Origin: an uncultured Verrucomicrobiota bacterium
Lineage (GTDB): Bacteria > Verrucomicrobiota > Verrucomicrobiia > Limisphaerales > UBA9464
NCBI GenBank assembly: GCA_903910585.1
Contig: CAIWAH010000379.1
Location: 3,161 to 67,160, forward strand
Length of the DNA: 64,000 nt
Direction of reading: 5' to 3'
Shown in pieces: positions 30,201 to 39,697 of the stretch. How positions within the stretch are numbered: the stretch's first letter is position 1; each line of letters begins with the position of its first letter. Both the position numbers and the translations under genes were made by a program. A model generated the notes under the pieces. The model was not told where the DNA came from, did no database searches, and was given only the letters and a program-made list of their open reading frames with translations.

Positions 30201-31741
30201 CGGAACGCCTTCATGCGCAGGATGACCTCGGCGAGGTTCGCTCGCTGGATTTCCGGCTGCGTGAAGGGCGGGCGCGCCTGGAAGTCCTCCTCCGAATACA
30301 GCCGCACGCAGACGCCGTCCTGCACGCGGCCGGCGCGGCCCTTGCGCTGGTTGGCGCTGCTCTGCGAAACGGGTTCGACCGGCAGGCGTTTGGTCCGGGT
30401 GCGCGCCGCGTAGCGGCTGATGCGCGCGAGGCCGGCGTCCACGACGTAGCGGATGCCGGTAATGGTCAGGGACGTTTCGGCGATGTTGGTCGCGATGACG
30501 AGCTTGCGGCGCGATGAGGGCGCGAACACGCGTTGCTGGTCGCCGGCGCTTAGGCGGCCGAACAGCGGCACAATCTCCGCCTCGCGGCCGAAGCGGCCTT
30601 CCAGTTGGTCGCTGGTCTCGCGGATGTCGCGCTCGCCCGGCATGAAGATCAGCACGTCGCCGAAGCTGGACTCGTAAAGGATCGTCTCCGCGGCCCGCAC
30701 CGCGGCGTCCACATAGGTCAGTTCACCGGAGCCGGCGCGCAGCGCGGCGCGGATGGAGGCGGTGAGTTGGAGTGTTTCGGAAGAGATGGCGCTGCGGGTG
30801 GGAAGCCCGCCCTCACTCCGGCCCTCTCCCCCGGGGAGAGGGGGTGGCGTCGCGACGTTGCCGCTTTGCTCTGAACTTAGGGGCAAGGTCAGCTCGTCGG
30901 CGGGCAGGCTGGCAGCCTGCCCTACGTTGTCCCATTCCTCCGTGTCCGCCTCGTGATCGTAGGGCGCGTAGATCACGTCCACCGGGAACATCCGGCCGGA
31001 CACCTCGATGATCGGCGCGTGGCCGAAGTGCCGGGAGAAGGCCTGCGTATCAATCGTCGCGGAGGTGACGACGAGCTTGAGGTCGGGCCGGCGGGCGAGC
31101 AGGCCCTTCAGGTAGCCGAGCAGGAAATCAATGTTCAGCGAACGCTCGTGCGCCTCGTCGATGATCAGCGCATTGTAGTCCGACAACAGCGGGTCGCCCT
31201 GCGTCTCGGCGAGCAGGATGCCGTCCGTCATCAGCTTCAGATACGTCTCGGAACTCGAATGGTCGTCGAACCGGATCTTGCAGCCCACTTCGCGGCCCCA
31301 GCGGACATTCAGCTCCTCGGCGATGCGCTGGGAGATGGACAGCGCGGCTACGCGTCGCGGCTGGGTGCAGCCGACCTTCGCCTCGATGCCCAGACCGGCC
31401 TCGAGGCACATCTTGGGAATCTGCGTGGTTTTGCCGGAGCCGGTTTCACCCGCGATGACGACGACCTGGTGCGCGCGGATGGCGGCGACGATCTCGTCCT
31501 TGCGCGCGGTGATTGGCAGGTCCGGCGGGTAAGTGACCGGCGGGACGTGCAAGCGGCGCAACTCGCGCAGTTCGGCCGATTGCCGGGCCTGGGTGAGCAG
31601 GCGATCCACGAGGGCGTCATGCTGCTCGGCGTGCAGACGGTCGCGCAGCACGCGGACGAGCCGCGAACCGAGCCGCACCCAGTCGTGCGTCATGGTCCGC
31701 GGCAGCAGCGCTTTCAGTTCCTCGACGCGGGCGTCGTTCAT
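27272..31741 (-). CDS. hrpA: ATP-dependent RNA helicase HrpA with in-frame repeat-derived insertions
   Basis: GETGSGKT, TQPRR, DEAHERS, SAT, TNIAETS and QRKGRAGR motifs; C-terminal EEYKVSVFAQELGT. 1489 aa. Confidence 0.95.
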   Translation of the reverse strand: MNDARVEELKALLPRTMTHDWVRLGSRLVRVLRDRLHAEQHDALVDRLLTQARQSAELRELRRLHVPPVTYPPDLPITARKDEIVAAIRAHQVVVIAGETGSGKTTQIPKMCLEAGLGIEAKVGCTQPRRVAALSISQRIAEELNVRWGREVGCKIRFDDHSSSETYLKLMTDGILLAETQGDPLLSDYNALIIDEAHERSLNIDFLLGYLKGLLARRPDLKLVVTSATIDTQAFSRHFGHAPIIEVSGRMFPVDVIYAPYDHEADTEEWDNVGQAASLPADELTLPLSSEQSGNVATPPPLPGGEGRSEGGLPTRSAISSETLQLTASIRAALRAGSGELTYVDAAVRAAETILYESSFGDVLIFMPGERDIRETSDQLEGRFGREAEIVPLFGRLSAGDQQRVFAPSSRRKLVIATNIAETSLTITGIRYVVDAGLARISRYAARTRTKRLPVEPVSQSSANQRKGRAGRVQDGVCVRLYSEEDFQARPPFTQPEIQRANLAEVILRMKAFRLGDIETFAFVQPPTPAAIQAGYALLQELGALDGARELTPLGRDLARLPIDPTLGRMLLQAQQEQSTRELLIIAAGLSIQDPRERPLDQREAADVAHRRFSHPQSDFLTLLNVWSAVHDQWEALRTQGARRKFCKQHFLSYLRMREWQDLHAQLEGALENVGAFQDSEGRLSSHPGEARDKQLRTDEQLYQAIHRSILAGLLGHVSTREERNLYKAGGNRQVTIFPGSALFERGEKPTKGRHSRPEKNPAPAPKSNQPQWLVAGELVETSQLYARTVAGIDPHWIVQLAPHLCQVSHQHPHWSASAGRVLVEEITRFQGLEVFRRKVAYGNLNPDDATAIFIRSALVEEDLEPPVRGRGGETEVESGKSEAGSRRSEDRGEGQSAVTERRRSDSSPELASTSGLGFLSRNRRVREKVESWQTRLRRHDLGDLDDALFKFYAGKLRHISSRDELLRWLREPGRAASLCATEDDLSGGRDLALDTRSFPDALEFGGQAVPLAYAYAPGEEHDGVTIRLPVTLADAVSPALLEWSVPGLRAAMMDELLRSLPKAVRRELLPIEPKVQEIVRDFRPAGGSFHDSLGRFLRERYQVTVPSDAWRTDGVPAHLRPRIELIGNGPKPVAAGRDFGALKQHLAQVKVTPPTESAAWKQAARQWQRDGLTTFSCGDLPEKIPAGDQHGLPVFGFPGLQLDAAGVGVRLFPSSVAARRASLPAWQRLVELALQKDFAWLERDLRALVRFEALAAAIGGGAELQETALLNLKRQVLPAELPSRLTTANFDEAVAAAKRQLPGLAAQLIDRVGQVLQFRQQAAQRAGVGATAPAAKAAAPLKSLNQLNSLGALLGPAAAAVKPAASSGTGFAAEVDALVPRRFLAEVPFAQLPHLPRYLKALMLRIERAANNPPKEAERVKLVAPYVAEVKRLRATPPTTPEGQQLADEFRWLVEEYKVSVFAQELGTAKPASPKRLDELLERLRAAT
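29071..29112. repeat. Heptamer tandem array (CTTCCGA consensus, 6 copies) inside hrpA
   Basis: CTTCCGA CCTCCGA CTTCCGG CTTCCGA CTTCCCA CTTTCAA; 42 nt in total. Confidence 0.75.
30810..30925. repeat. Two REPs (families 4 and 3) in frame inside hrpA
   Basis: CCCTCACTCCGGCCCTCTCCCCCGGGGAGAGGG at 30810-30842 and CGGGCAGGCTGGCAGCCTGCCCTAC at 30901-30925. Confidence 0.85.
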
Positions 31742-31797
31742 GCCGGAGCCGGGGAGTTTGACGGAAGCGCCGGGGCGGGGGAATGGGGAATGTGCGG

Positions 31798-33090
31798 CTA
31801 GTTCCGCCCGCTCAGTTTCAAGGCCGCCGCCAGCGTCTGCAGGTGGGCCGTGAGTTGGAAACGGTCCCGGAAGCGGTCGCGCAACCGGAGTCCATCCTCG
31901 TTCTGGACGACTTCGATCAACGCCCGCGCCGCGGCCGCCGGATCGCGCGGTTCCACGAGGCCGGCGTAGCCTTCGGGCAGCATCTCGGGAATGCCCCGCC
32001 AGCGCGTCGAAACGAGGGGCAGGCCGAACGCCATCGCCTCGATGAGGTTCAGGGGTTGGCCTTCGTTGGCGAAGTAGCTGGGGAACAGGAACACGTCGCT
32101 GTCGCGCAACGCGGCGGCCTTGGCCTCCGGCCCGAGGAAGCCGGTGTGGCTCACGCACGCGGCCAAGGCCGGATCGGTGAGCCGGCTTTTGAAATCCGCC
32201 TCCACGTCCGAGGTGGGGAAGGTTCCCGCCACCAGCAGCCGGAATTTCAACGGGCGAGGCAGCCGGGTCCCGAGTTCGCTGGCCAACCGGATGGCTTCGA
32301 CGGCGTCGAGCACGCCCTTGTCGCGCGAGCACAGGGCGAGGAACAGGACCTTTACCTCCACGGGGGTAGCCGTTTCGCCGCCCGGCGTGGCGCCGCAATC
32401 TGCTGGGAAGGCACCCCTCACCCCGTCCCTCTCCCCTCCTCCGAGGAGGGGAGAGGGTGCCCGAAGGGTGGGTGAGGGGTGGGAGCACCCCTGGTTCATG
32501 GGTAGGGTTTGGCGCTCCGCCAGTCGCCGCCGCCGATGTTCTGCCAGTGTCAGGTCAAACTCCGGGCACGGATCAGGAACGCCGTTGGGCACCACCGCGG
32601 TGCGCTGGGGGCGGAACCGGTCGGCATCGGGCTGATTGAAGCGCGACAACACGAGATTGAGCGCGGGCCGGCCCAGCAGGCGGTGCGAGAGGGCGCGTTC
32701 GAACGGATTGGCGACGTCTTCGAGCCATTGGCCGAGTCCGACGGCGTGCCAGTGGAAGATGACGTGGCGGAACCACGGCCGCAGCAGCGCGAGCACGATC
32801 CAGTCGCGGTAAAGCGAGTTCCGTTTCGGCGGGCTGGGCACGTAGTAGAGCGTGCGGACGTTGTGTTCGCGGCCCAGTCGTTTGGCCTCGCGGACGTAGG
32901 CGAGGAGCTTTTTCAGTTTGCCGCCGCGGGCCGAGCCGACATCGGTGAGGTCGTCCGAAAGCCGGGCGTCCACATGCAGCACCTCGATCCCGTGTGTCGG
33001 ATCGGCCCGGAAGCCGTCCACGAGATACTGCACCATCTGGCTTTGGCCATGGTGCGGCGGCGGGACGTGGGCGAAGACGACGAGCTTCAT
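31798..33090 (-). CDS. Glycosyltransferase family 4 with in-frame repeat insertion
   Basis: HFHWH-like HWH, VPNGV, KG and EGQPLNLIEAMAFG (Ex7E) motifs. Confidence 0.92.
   Translation of the reverse strand: MKLVVFAHVPPPHHGQSQMVQYLVDGFRADPTHGIEVLHVDARLSDDLTDVGSARGGKLKKLLAYVREAKRLGREHNVRTLYYVPSPPKRNSLYRDWIVLALLRPWFRHVIFHWHAVGLGQWLEDVANPFERALSHRLLGRPALNLVLSRFNQPDADRFRPQRTAVVPNGVPDPCPEFDLTLAEHRRRRLAERQTLPMNQGCSHPSPTLRAPSPLLGGGERDGVRGAFPADCGATPGGETATPVEVKVLFLALCSRDKGVLDAVEAIRLASELGTRLPRPLKFRLLVAGTFPTSDVEADFKSRLTDPALAACVSHTGFLGPEAKAAALRDSDVFLFPSYFANEGQPLNLIEAMAFGLPLVSTRWRGIPEMLPEGYAGLVEPRDPAAAARALIEVVQNEDGLRLRDRFRDRFQLTAHLQTLAAALKLSGRN
32411..32507 (-). repeat. Copy of the intergenic element 19577-19676, in frame within the glycosyltransferase
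   Basis: Reverse complement matches 19577-19676, with 3 mismatches over the ~73-nt palindromic core and a shared CCCTACCCATGAACC end. Confidence 0.9.
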
Positions 33091-33157
33091 CGCGGTGCGC
33101 GGCGGAGCCTGCACGGAAGGGTGGCAAAAGACGAAGCCGTTCGTGCACCGTCGGGCC

Positions 33158-33556
33158 ATGGCGGTGCGCGATTCCTACCGGGAATATGTCCTGGAACAGC
33201 TCGGCCGGGTGCGCCCGGTGACGTGGCGGAAGATGTTCGGCGGCGTGGGCCTGTATGCGGACGACCGCTTCTTTGCCCTGCTCGACAACGACACGCTCTA
33301 CTTCAAGACCGGCGACGCGAACCGGGCCGACTTTGAGGCCCGGGGAATGCCGCCGTTCCAGCCGTTTGGCCCGGGCACCAAGCCCATGGACTACCATGAG
33401 CTCCCGGGCGACGTGCTGGAAAACGTGGCCGAACTTGGGCGGTGGATCGCGAAGGCCGTCGCCGTGGCCGCGACCACCAAGACAAAGAAGCCCGCCCCGA
33501 AGCGCCCTAAGGCGGCTCCGAAGCGGGCCGGAAAGACCAAAGGCGACAGGTCCTAG
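33158..33556 (+). CDS. TfoX/Sxy N-terminal domain protein
   Basis: RKMFGGVGLY...LYFK...PF...MDY motifs; Lys-rich tail. Confidence 0.9.
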   Translation: MAVRDSYREYVLEQLGRVRPVTWRKMFGGVGLYADDRFFALLDNDTLYFKTGDANRADFEARGMPPFQPFGPGTKPMDYHELPGDVLENVAELGRWIAKAVAVAATTKTKKPAPKRPKAAPKRAGKTKGDRS

Positions 33557-33598
33557 CGCGGTCAGCGGAACCTGTCGCCCGGTCATCACCCCGACGAA

Positions 33599-33976
33599 TC
33601 AGGGACTCGCCGGCGTGACCGAAATCTTCGTGGCCTCCTTGGTGGAGAAAATATACCGGGCCTCGACCCAGTCCCCGAGCTTCACTTCGGCGAAGCCGCC
33701 GCTGCCGGACAAGAACGAGAACTTCGTCGCCGAGGTGACCTTCAGCTGGCCGGAGCCGTAGTAGGAGGCGCCCACGGTGAGGGTGCCGGCGCTGTGGCTG
33801 ATCGCGGTGACATAACCGGTGACGCGCGACTCGACGACCTTCGGGACATCCACGCTGCCGCCACCGCCGCCGCTCCCGCCCTTCGCCCACAGGGCGGTGG
33901 AGGCGGTGAGCACGAGGGCGGCGAGGGCAAGACGCGTCGTCAGGCGGGAGACGCTACCGGTTTGGACTGGGTTCAT
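33599..33976 (-). CDS. Small secreted protein, DUF5666-like
   Basis: Signal peptide, Gly linker, and GYVTAI...VTSATKF...LGDWVEA...ATKI pattern. Confidence 0.6.
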   Translation of the reverse strand: MNPVQTGSVSRLTTRLALAALVLTASTALWAKGGSGGGGGSVDVPKVVESRVTGYVTAISHSAGTLTVGASYYGSGQLKVTSATKFSFLSGSGGFAEVKLGDWVEARYIFSTKEATKISVTPASP

Positions 33977-34289
33977 TGGTTGGCTTCGTGATGTGGATCC
34001 CGGTTTCCGAACTTTGGTCGGGCCCAGTGATCCGATGTGTGCCGGGTTCATTCCCGACGCCCCGCCGTTTGCATCCGTCGTGCCAACGCGGAATTCGGGC
34101 CCAATTGGTCCGCCCCCGAACCGTTCTTCGGTCAGTGGCGGCGAATTGGTCCGGCCCCGCTCGAAATCGTGGTCCGGAACTGCGGCGCCGGACCAGCTGG
34201 CCAAGCGGATCGGTCGAAGCGGCTCCGGTTGGAATCGGCAGGGCGGAAATCAAATCGCCGGGCGGTCGGAGTTCCTTAGGCTGGCCGCC

Positions 34290-35234
34290 ATGACTGAACC
34301 GGAACGGCAGGCGATCCTGGAGATCTGTTTTCACGCGGCGCTGGCGGACGGCCGCAAATCCGCGGCGGAGCACGCGGCGCTGGAACGGGCGGCGCAACGC
34401 CTCGGACTGGTTCTGCCGGCTGATCTGAATTCGGCCGGCGATCTTTATGCCCGCTCCCAGGCGGTGGCGGCGGTGGCCGGACGCGTGGGCGATCGGGCTT
34501 CGGCCCGGCTGGCATTTGAACTCGCGGTGGCGATCTGCGAAGCCGACGAGGCGCCGAATCCGGCCGAACGCTGGTTTCTTGAGGAACTCCGGCGCGCTCT
34601 CGGACTCGAGGCAGCCGCGGCGGCGGAAACCGTGCGGCGTGCGGAGGAACTCACCTCGGCGGCGGTGCCTGTCCCGATGGCTTCGCCCACGTCGTCCGCC
34701 GAACGGGATCCCTTGGGCGTCAATGCCGCGGAACTCGACCAATTGATCCAGAACCGGGCGATTTTGGCCGGCGCGCTGGAATTGCTTCCCGACACCCTGG
34801 CCACGATGGCGATCGTGCCGGTGCAGATGCAGCTCGTTTACCAGATCGGCAAGGCCCACGGCTATGAGCTGGACCGCGGACACATTCGCGACCTGCTAGC
34901 CACCGTCGGGGTTGGCCTCGCGTCGCAGGTAGTCGAAAGTTACGCGGAACGGGCGGTCCGCGGCCTGCTGGGCAAGTTCGCTGGCGGCTGGGTCACCGGC
35001 ATGGCCGGGCAATTGACCAGCTCCGGGCTGTCGTTTGCGACCACCTATGCGCTTGGTCAACTGGCCCGGCAATACTACGCCGGTGGCCGCACGTTGGATG
35101 CGATCCAGCTTCGGTCGCTTTACGGGAAGCTGCTGGGACAGGGCCGCAGCCTTGAACCGGGATTGGCCAGCCGGATCCGTGAGCAGGCCGGTCAGGTGAA
35201 TCTGGGCCGGCTGACGTCGCTGCTGAAACTGTGA
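34290..35234 (+). CDS. TerB-like N-terminal domain fused to a DUF697-like domain
   Basis: AALADG...E and ICEAD...AERWFL (TerB-like); AIVPVQMQLVYQIGKAHG and ATTYALG (DUF697-like). Confidence 0.7.
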   Translation: MTEPERQAILEICFHAALADGRKSAAEHAALERAAQRLGLVLPADLNSAGDLYARSQAVAAVAGRVGDRASARLAFELAVAICEADEAPNPAERWFLEELRRALGLEAAAAAETVRRAEELTSAAVPVPMASPTSSAERDPLGVNAAELDQLIQNRAILAGALELLPDTLATMAIVPVQMQLVYQIGKAHGYELDRGHIRDLLATVGVGLASQVVESYAERAVRGLLGKFAGGWVTGMAGQLTSSGLSFATTYALGQLARQYYAGGRTLDAIQLRSLYGKLLGQGRSLEPGLASRIREQAGQVNLGRLTSLLKL

Positions 35235-35258
35235 CGGCGCGCCGACCGCAGCCGTGAA

Positions 35259-35651
35259 TCAGGCTGCCGCGGCTTCGTCCGCGGCGGCCGCCTTCTTTTT
35301 GCGGGCGCGGGCCTTGGGCACCCGGACCGCGTCGCCCCACAGGCCTTCGAGGTCATAGAGCGCCCGGGTCTCGGGCTTCATGATGTGGAGAATCACGTCG
35401 AAGAAGTCGGCGACGACCCAGTTGGCGCCGGCCTGGCTGTCCGTGTTGTTGGGTCGGACGTCGTGCTCCTCGCGCAGCCGGTCCAACACCTCGTTCTCAA
35501 TGGCGCGCAGATGCGGGTCGCTTGTGCCAGTTGCGATCACGAAATAGTCCGTCACGGACGACAGCTTGCTGACATCCAGCACCACCACGTCCTCAGCTTT
35601 CTTGTTTTCCGCCAGATCCCGGCAGAGTTGGGCGAGCTTTTTCGCGTCCAT
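35259..35651 (-). CDS. rsfS: Ribosome silencing factor
   Basis: KKAEDVVVLDV, DYFVIATG, WVVADFFDVILH and YDLEGLW motifs. Confidence 0.95.
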   Translation of the reverse strand: MDAKKLAQLCRDLAENKKAEDVVVLDVSKLSSVTDYFVIATGTSDPHLRAIENEVLDRLREEHDVRPNNTDSQAGANWVVADFFDVILHIMKPETRALYDLEGLWGDAVRVPKARARKKKAAAADEAAAA

Positions 35652-35758
35652 TGAGGCGGCAAGATGCCGAAAAGCCCGACGAAGGGAAATCTGTTTGTCC
35701 GGTCCGTGGAGGGCGGGGGGGAGCCGCCGTCATTCCGCCGTAACCCCCGCGGGGACCG

Positions 35759-36820
35759 TCAGTGAACGCGGGTGACCTGGATCTGCTTCAGGTCGGCAAT
35801 GCCGAGTTCGATGAGCTCGGCGTTGAGGTAGAGTTCGGTTTTCACCGGCTTTTCCCCTTCGTATTTCACCGCGGTGCGGGCCTGCGTGATGTTGTCGAGG
35901 GCCAGGGCGTCGAGGGCGACCAGATCGCGGCTGAAGCGGAGTTCGTTGAGGGCCACCGCGTAATGGAGCATCGGCTGGTCTTCCCCGCGGAACTGGCAGA
36001 TCAGCGCGTCGCCGACCCCAAGGACGACCTTGGGCATCAGGTCGTCCAGCGCGCAGATGTCGGGCACCGCCTCGGCCAGCAATCCGGCGTCGTTCGCGAA
36101 CCGCAGGGTGTTGTCCACGCTCGCGAAGGCCAGCCCGGCGAGGTGCCCGTGGACCGCCGTCACGCTGTGGCTGAGCACCGGGGCGACGCTGACGATCTTG
36201 GTGATCCGGCCGGTCAGCAGCCGGGAAACGTGGGAGCGGCGGGAAACCTTGGTCTTGTCCGTGCGGTCAAATTCGAGGTCGCCGGCGACCAGGCGTCCGA
36301 GCACGGGCGATTCGTAGGATTTCTCGGCATCCCAGCCCGCCGTTTCCGCCGCCACGCATTCGACGCCGAGTTCGGCGGCGAGCGAAAACCAGCCGGCAGG
36401 CCGGAGATCCACCTCCCGTTTGTCCCAGATGATGATCCGGGACGCCGGGTGGCCGGCGGCGAGCAGCGATTCGATCAGCGCCCGCACGACGGCGGGGCGG
36501 GTGCCGCTCAGGGCGCCGGGGGCGGAGACGACCTTGAAACCGACCACGTCGTTGGCGGTGACCAGCGTTCGCCAGGCCGCGGTAGTGTTGGTCGCCGCGG
36601 TGAAGGCCAGCAGGCCCTGCTCCACCATCTGCCGGACCACCGGGAATACCGGCGCAAAGGCGACCACCGCGGCGGCATCCTGCACGGTGAGCACCGCGGC
36701 CCGGGGCCGGTTGGTGTCGCCGGGCGAGGCGAACGCCGGCCGGTTGACCATTCCGATCAGGCCAAGCAGCAGCCACCAGCGTCCGATGATTCCGAAGCGT
36801 CCCATGCGCGGGCGGGACAA
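35759..36820 (-). CDS. DUF362 domain-containing secreted protein
   Basis: Signal-like N-terminus; DVVGFKV, IIIWD, SRDLVALD and ELGIADL patterns. Start may be 36805. Confidence 0.6.
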   Translation of the reverse strand: MSRPRMGRFGIIGRWWLLLGLIGMVNRPAFASPGDTNRPRAAVLTVQDAAAVVAFAPVFPVVRQMVEQGLLAFTAATNTTAAWRTLVTANDVVGFKVVSAPGALSGTRPAVVRALIESLLAAGHPASRIIIWDKREVDLRPAGWFSLAAELGVECVAAETAGWDAEKSYESPVLGRLVAGDLEFDRTDKTKVSRRSHVSRLLTGRITKIVSVAPVLSHSVTAVHGHLAGLAFASVDNTLRFANDAGLLAEAVPDICALDDLMPKVVLGVGDALICQFRGEDQPMLHYAVALNELRFSRDLVALDALALDNITQARTAVKYEGEKPVKTELYLNAELIELGIADLKQIQVTRVH

Positions 36821-36942
36821 TGGCCGTTCTGGCGGGGGGACGCAAAGGGGAGACTCGCTGCCTCCGGCATATCAAGTTCCTGCGGCCCGGGCCGATACTC
36901 AGGCGGGAACCGACCCGGGGACGCCGGGGTCGGCCCCGCCGC

Positions 36943-39636
36943 ATGCTGCATCCGTCCAACTTTGCCCCGGGAGCCATGCCGGTCGCCGCGTGGTCGGCCG
37001 CCGGCGGAATCCGTCCGGCGACGTGGCTGCTGTTTGATCGTTCCGGCAACTGCATTGATGCGCTCGTGGAGAACCCGGCCGTGCTGACGACCGGTGCGGC
37101 CGACGTGCTGGGCCGGCCGTTCCAAAAGTTGTTGCCGGCCGCGGTGGTGCCGTTGGCGGAAGGCCTTTGGGCCACACTGCGGGCGGGCGGACAGCCGGGC
37201 CCCGTCTCGTGTGTCCAGGAATTCGGCGGCGAGGCCGGGCGCACCGAGATTTCCCTCAGCCCCAGTGCGGCGGGCAATGTCCTGGTCCATTTCCGCGAAG
37301 CCCGCCGGCAGGAAACCAATCCGGGCGCGGACCCCAACCGGCGGCTGCTGCTGGCCGTGCAGGCGGCCCGTCTGGGCATCTGGGAATGGGACCTCGCCAG
37401 TGGCAAAATCGCGTGGGACGCGGGCATGGCCAGCATTTACGGGCTGCCCAATGGCGGGGCCGATCCGTCCGGCTGGCAGTGGGAACGCTGGGTTCTGCCC
37501 GACGATTTGCCCGAAGCCGCCGCGGCGCTGAACCGGGCCCTGGAAGATTCCCTGGCCAGCCGGTTCCGGCAGGCGTTTCGCATCCGCCGGCCCGATGGCA
37601 TGGTGCGTTCGGTGCGGAGCCATGGTGTGATCGAACGCGACGGTTACGGACGCGCCGTCCGGGTCACCGGGATCAACACCGACATCACCGAGGAACACTC
37701 GCTTCAGGAAGACCTTGAGCGCGCCTCGACCCGCTTGCAGACCGCGACCGCGGCGCTTTCACTGGGCATCTGGGAACTCGACCCGGCGACGGGATTGGAG
37801 ACCTGGGATGACCGCACCCTGGCGCTGTTCGATGTGAACCGGGCGCAGTTCACGTCGGCGCGGGACGTCTGGTTCCTGCGGGTCCATCCGGAAGACCGCG
37901 AAGCGGGCTGGGAAACCCGGATCGGTTCCCTCGCCCAGCCGTCCGTTGGCCATTTTGAGCAGAGTTTCCGCGTCCTGACGGCGGCGGGCGAGACCCGTTG
38001 GCTGCGAAGTTCGGCGAACATCCAGCGTCGGTCCGACGGCACGGCGGTCCGCGTGGTCGGGGTCAATTCCGACATCACCGAACAGCAGGTCGCGGCCGAA
38101 CGCCTTTCCGATCTTTCCAACCGCCTTCTGCTGGCCCAACGCGCCGGCGGACTGGGCGTGCTGGACTGGGACATCACGGCCGACCGCATGCTGTGGAACG
38201 ACCGGATGTTTGAGCTGTTCGATGTGCCACATCCCTCGTCGGCCGACGTCGTGAACGCCCGCAACCTGTGGCGCAGCCGGCTGCATCCGGAAGATGCCGA
38301 GGCCGCCGAGCGCGACCTGCAGGATGCCGCCGAGGGGCGCCGCCGCTACGATGCCGAGTTCCGCCTCCTCACCCGTTCCGGCGAAACCCGCCATCTCAAG
38401 GGCGACGCTCTCGTGGAAACCGACGCCGACGGAACGCCCCGCCGCCTGGTGGGTGTGTATCACGACGTCACCGGCGCCGTGGAAGCCCGGAACCGCCTGC
38501 GTCAGGATGCGGAAATCCTCCGGCAAGTCGGCGAACTCGCGCACATCGGTGGCTGGGAATTTCAGCCGCAATCCGGCCGCCTGTGGTGGAGCGAGGAGGT
38601 TTTCCGCCTGCATGAACTTCCTCCGGGGCGCCAGCCCGGATTGGAAGAGGCATTCCGCTTCTTCACCGAAGAGGCGGCGGCCAAGGTGCGCGGCGCGTTT
38701 GGCCGCCTTTGTGCCACCGGCGAGGCCTTCGACCTGCGGGTGCCGTTCATCACCGCCAACGGCCGTCCGTGCTGGGTCCGGGTGATCGGCCGGGCCGAGC
38801 TGAAGCTGGGCCGCGTGCTCCGGGTTTATGGAACGCTTCAGGATGTTTCCGCCGAGAAGCATTCGGAGCAGGCCCTCATCACCGCCCGCGAAGCGGCCGA
38901 GGCGGCCAGCCGCGCCAAGAGCGAATTCCTCGCCACCGTCAGCCACGAACTCCGGACGCCGCTCAACGGCATTCTCGGCTTCACGCAGTTGCTGGAGGAT
39001 TCGGAGCTGTGCGAGGCCGACCGCGAATACGTCCGCTTCATCACCACCGCGGGCGAGGCGCTGCTCGGCATCATCAGCGACCTGCTGGACTTCTCCCGCA
39101 TCGAGGCCGGCCGGCTGACGCTGGAATACAGCACCTTCGCGGTCCCCGCGCTCCTGCAGGAATCGCTCGAACTGATCCGGCCCCGCGCCCGCGAAAAGGG
39201 ATTGGAGCTGAAGCTCTCCGTGGATCCTTCGGTGGGCATCATGCGGGGCGACCGCTGCCGGCTGCGGCAGATCACGCTCAACCTGCTGAGCAACGCGGTG
39301 AAATTCACCGAAAACGGAGCCGTGAGCCTCCGCTGCACCCCCTATGTGGCCGGGCACATCAAGGTGGACGTGACCGACACCGGCATCGGCATTCCGGCGG
39401 ACAAGCAGGACCGGCTGTTCCAGCGCTTCAGCCAGGCCGACAGTTCGACGACGCGGAAATTCGGGGGCACCGGCCTCGGTCTCGCCATCTGCAAACAGCT
39501 GCTGGAGAAAATGGGCGGGCAGATCGGTCTTCAGAGCGACCCGGGTCACGGCTCAACCTTCTGGTTCATCATCCCGGTGCGCCCGCCGGAATCCGGCCAG
39601 GAAGAGGTGCCCGAGTTGGAGATCGAAGGCCAGTAG
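36943..39636 (+). CDS. Multi-PAS cytoplasmic sensor histidine kinase
   Basis: Four GxWEW/F...HPED-type PAS/PAC units, SHELRTPL, NAVKFT, DTGIG and GTGLGL motifs; no TM or receiver domain. Start uncertain (36943 or 36976). Confidence 0.92.
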   Translation: MLHPSNFAPGAMPVAAWSAAGGIRPATWLLFDRSGNCIDALVENPAVLTTGAADVLGRPFQKLLPAAVVPLAEGLWATLRAGGQPGPVSCVQEFGGEAGRTEISLSPSAAGNVLVHFREARRQETNPGADPNRRLLLAVQAARLGIWEWDLASGKIAWDAGMASIYGLPNGGADPSGWQWERWVLPDDLPEAAAALNRALEDSLASRFRQAFRIRRPDGMVRSVRSHGVIERDGYGRAVRVTGINTDITEEHSLQEDLERASTRLQTATAALSLGIWELDPATGLETWDDRTLALFDVNRAQFTSARDVWFLRVHPEDREAGWETRIGSLAQPSVGHFEQSFRVLTAAGETRWLRSSANIQRRSDGTAVRVVGVNSDITEQQVAAERLSDLSNRLLLAQRAGGLGVLDWDITADRMLWNDRMFELFDVPHPSSADVVNARNLWRSRLHPEDAEAAERDLQDAAEGRRRYDAEFRLLTRSGETRHLKGDALVETDADGTPRRLVGVYHDVTGAVEARNRLRQDAEILRQVGELAHIGGWEFQPQSGRLWWSEEVFRLHELPPGRQPGLEEAFRFFTEEAAAKVRGAFGRLCATGEAFDLRVPFITANGRPCWVRVIGRAELKLGRVLRVYGTLQDVSAEKHSEQALITAREAAEAASRAKSEFLATVSHELRTPLNGILGFTQLLEDSELCEADREYVRFITTAGEALLGIISDLLDFSRIEAGRLTLEYSTFAVPALLQESLELIRPRAREKGLELKLSVDPSVGIMRGDRCRLRQITLNLLSNAVKFTENGAVSLRCTPYVAGHIKVDVTDTGIGIPADKQDRLFQRFSQADSSTTRKFGGTGLGLAICKQLLEKMGGQIGLQSDPGHGSTFWFIIPVRPPESGQEEVPELEIEGQ

Positions 39637-39697
39637 CCGCCCCATTTGCGGGCTCGCCAAGGTGGCTTTGAGGCGCAGACTGACGGCACTCTGCCGT

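Noticed and set aside
30730-30940. Intein or group I/II intron as the hrpA insertion
   Set aside because: There is no Cys/Ser start or His-Asn end, it is too short, and it is made of REP sequence.
31742-32488. 248-aa N-terminal extension of HrpA in the 1738-aa ORF
   Set aside because: It overlaps the GT4 gene in another frame and starts inside the repeat element. The real start is taken as ATG 31741.
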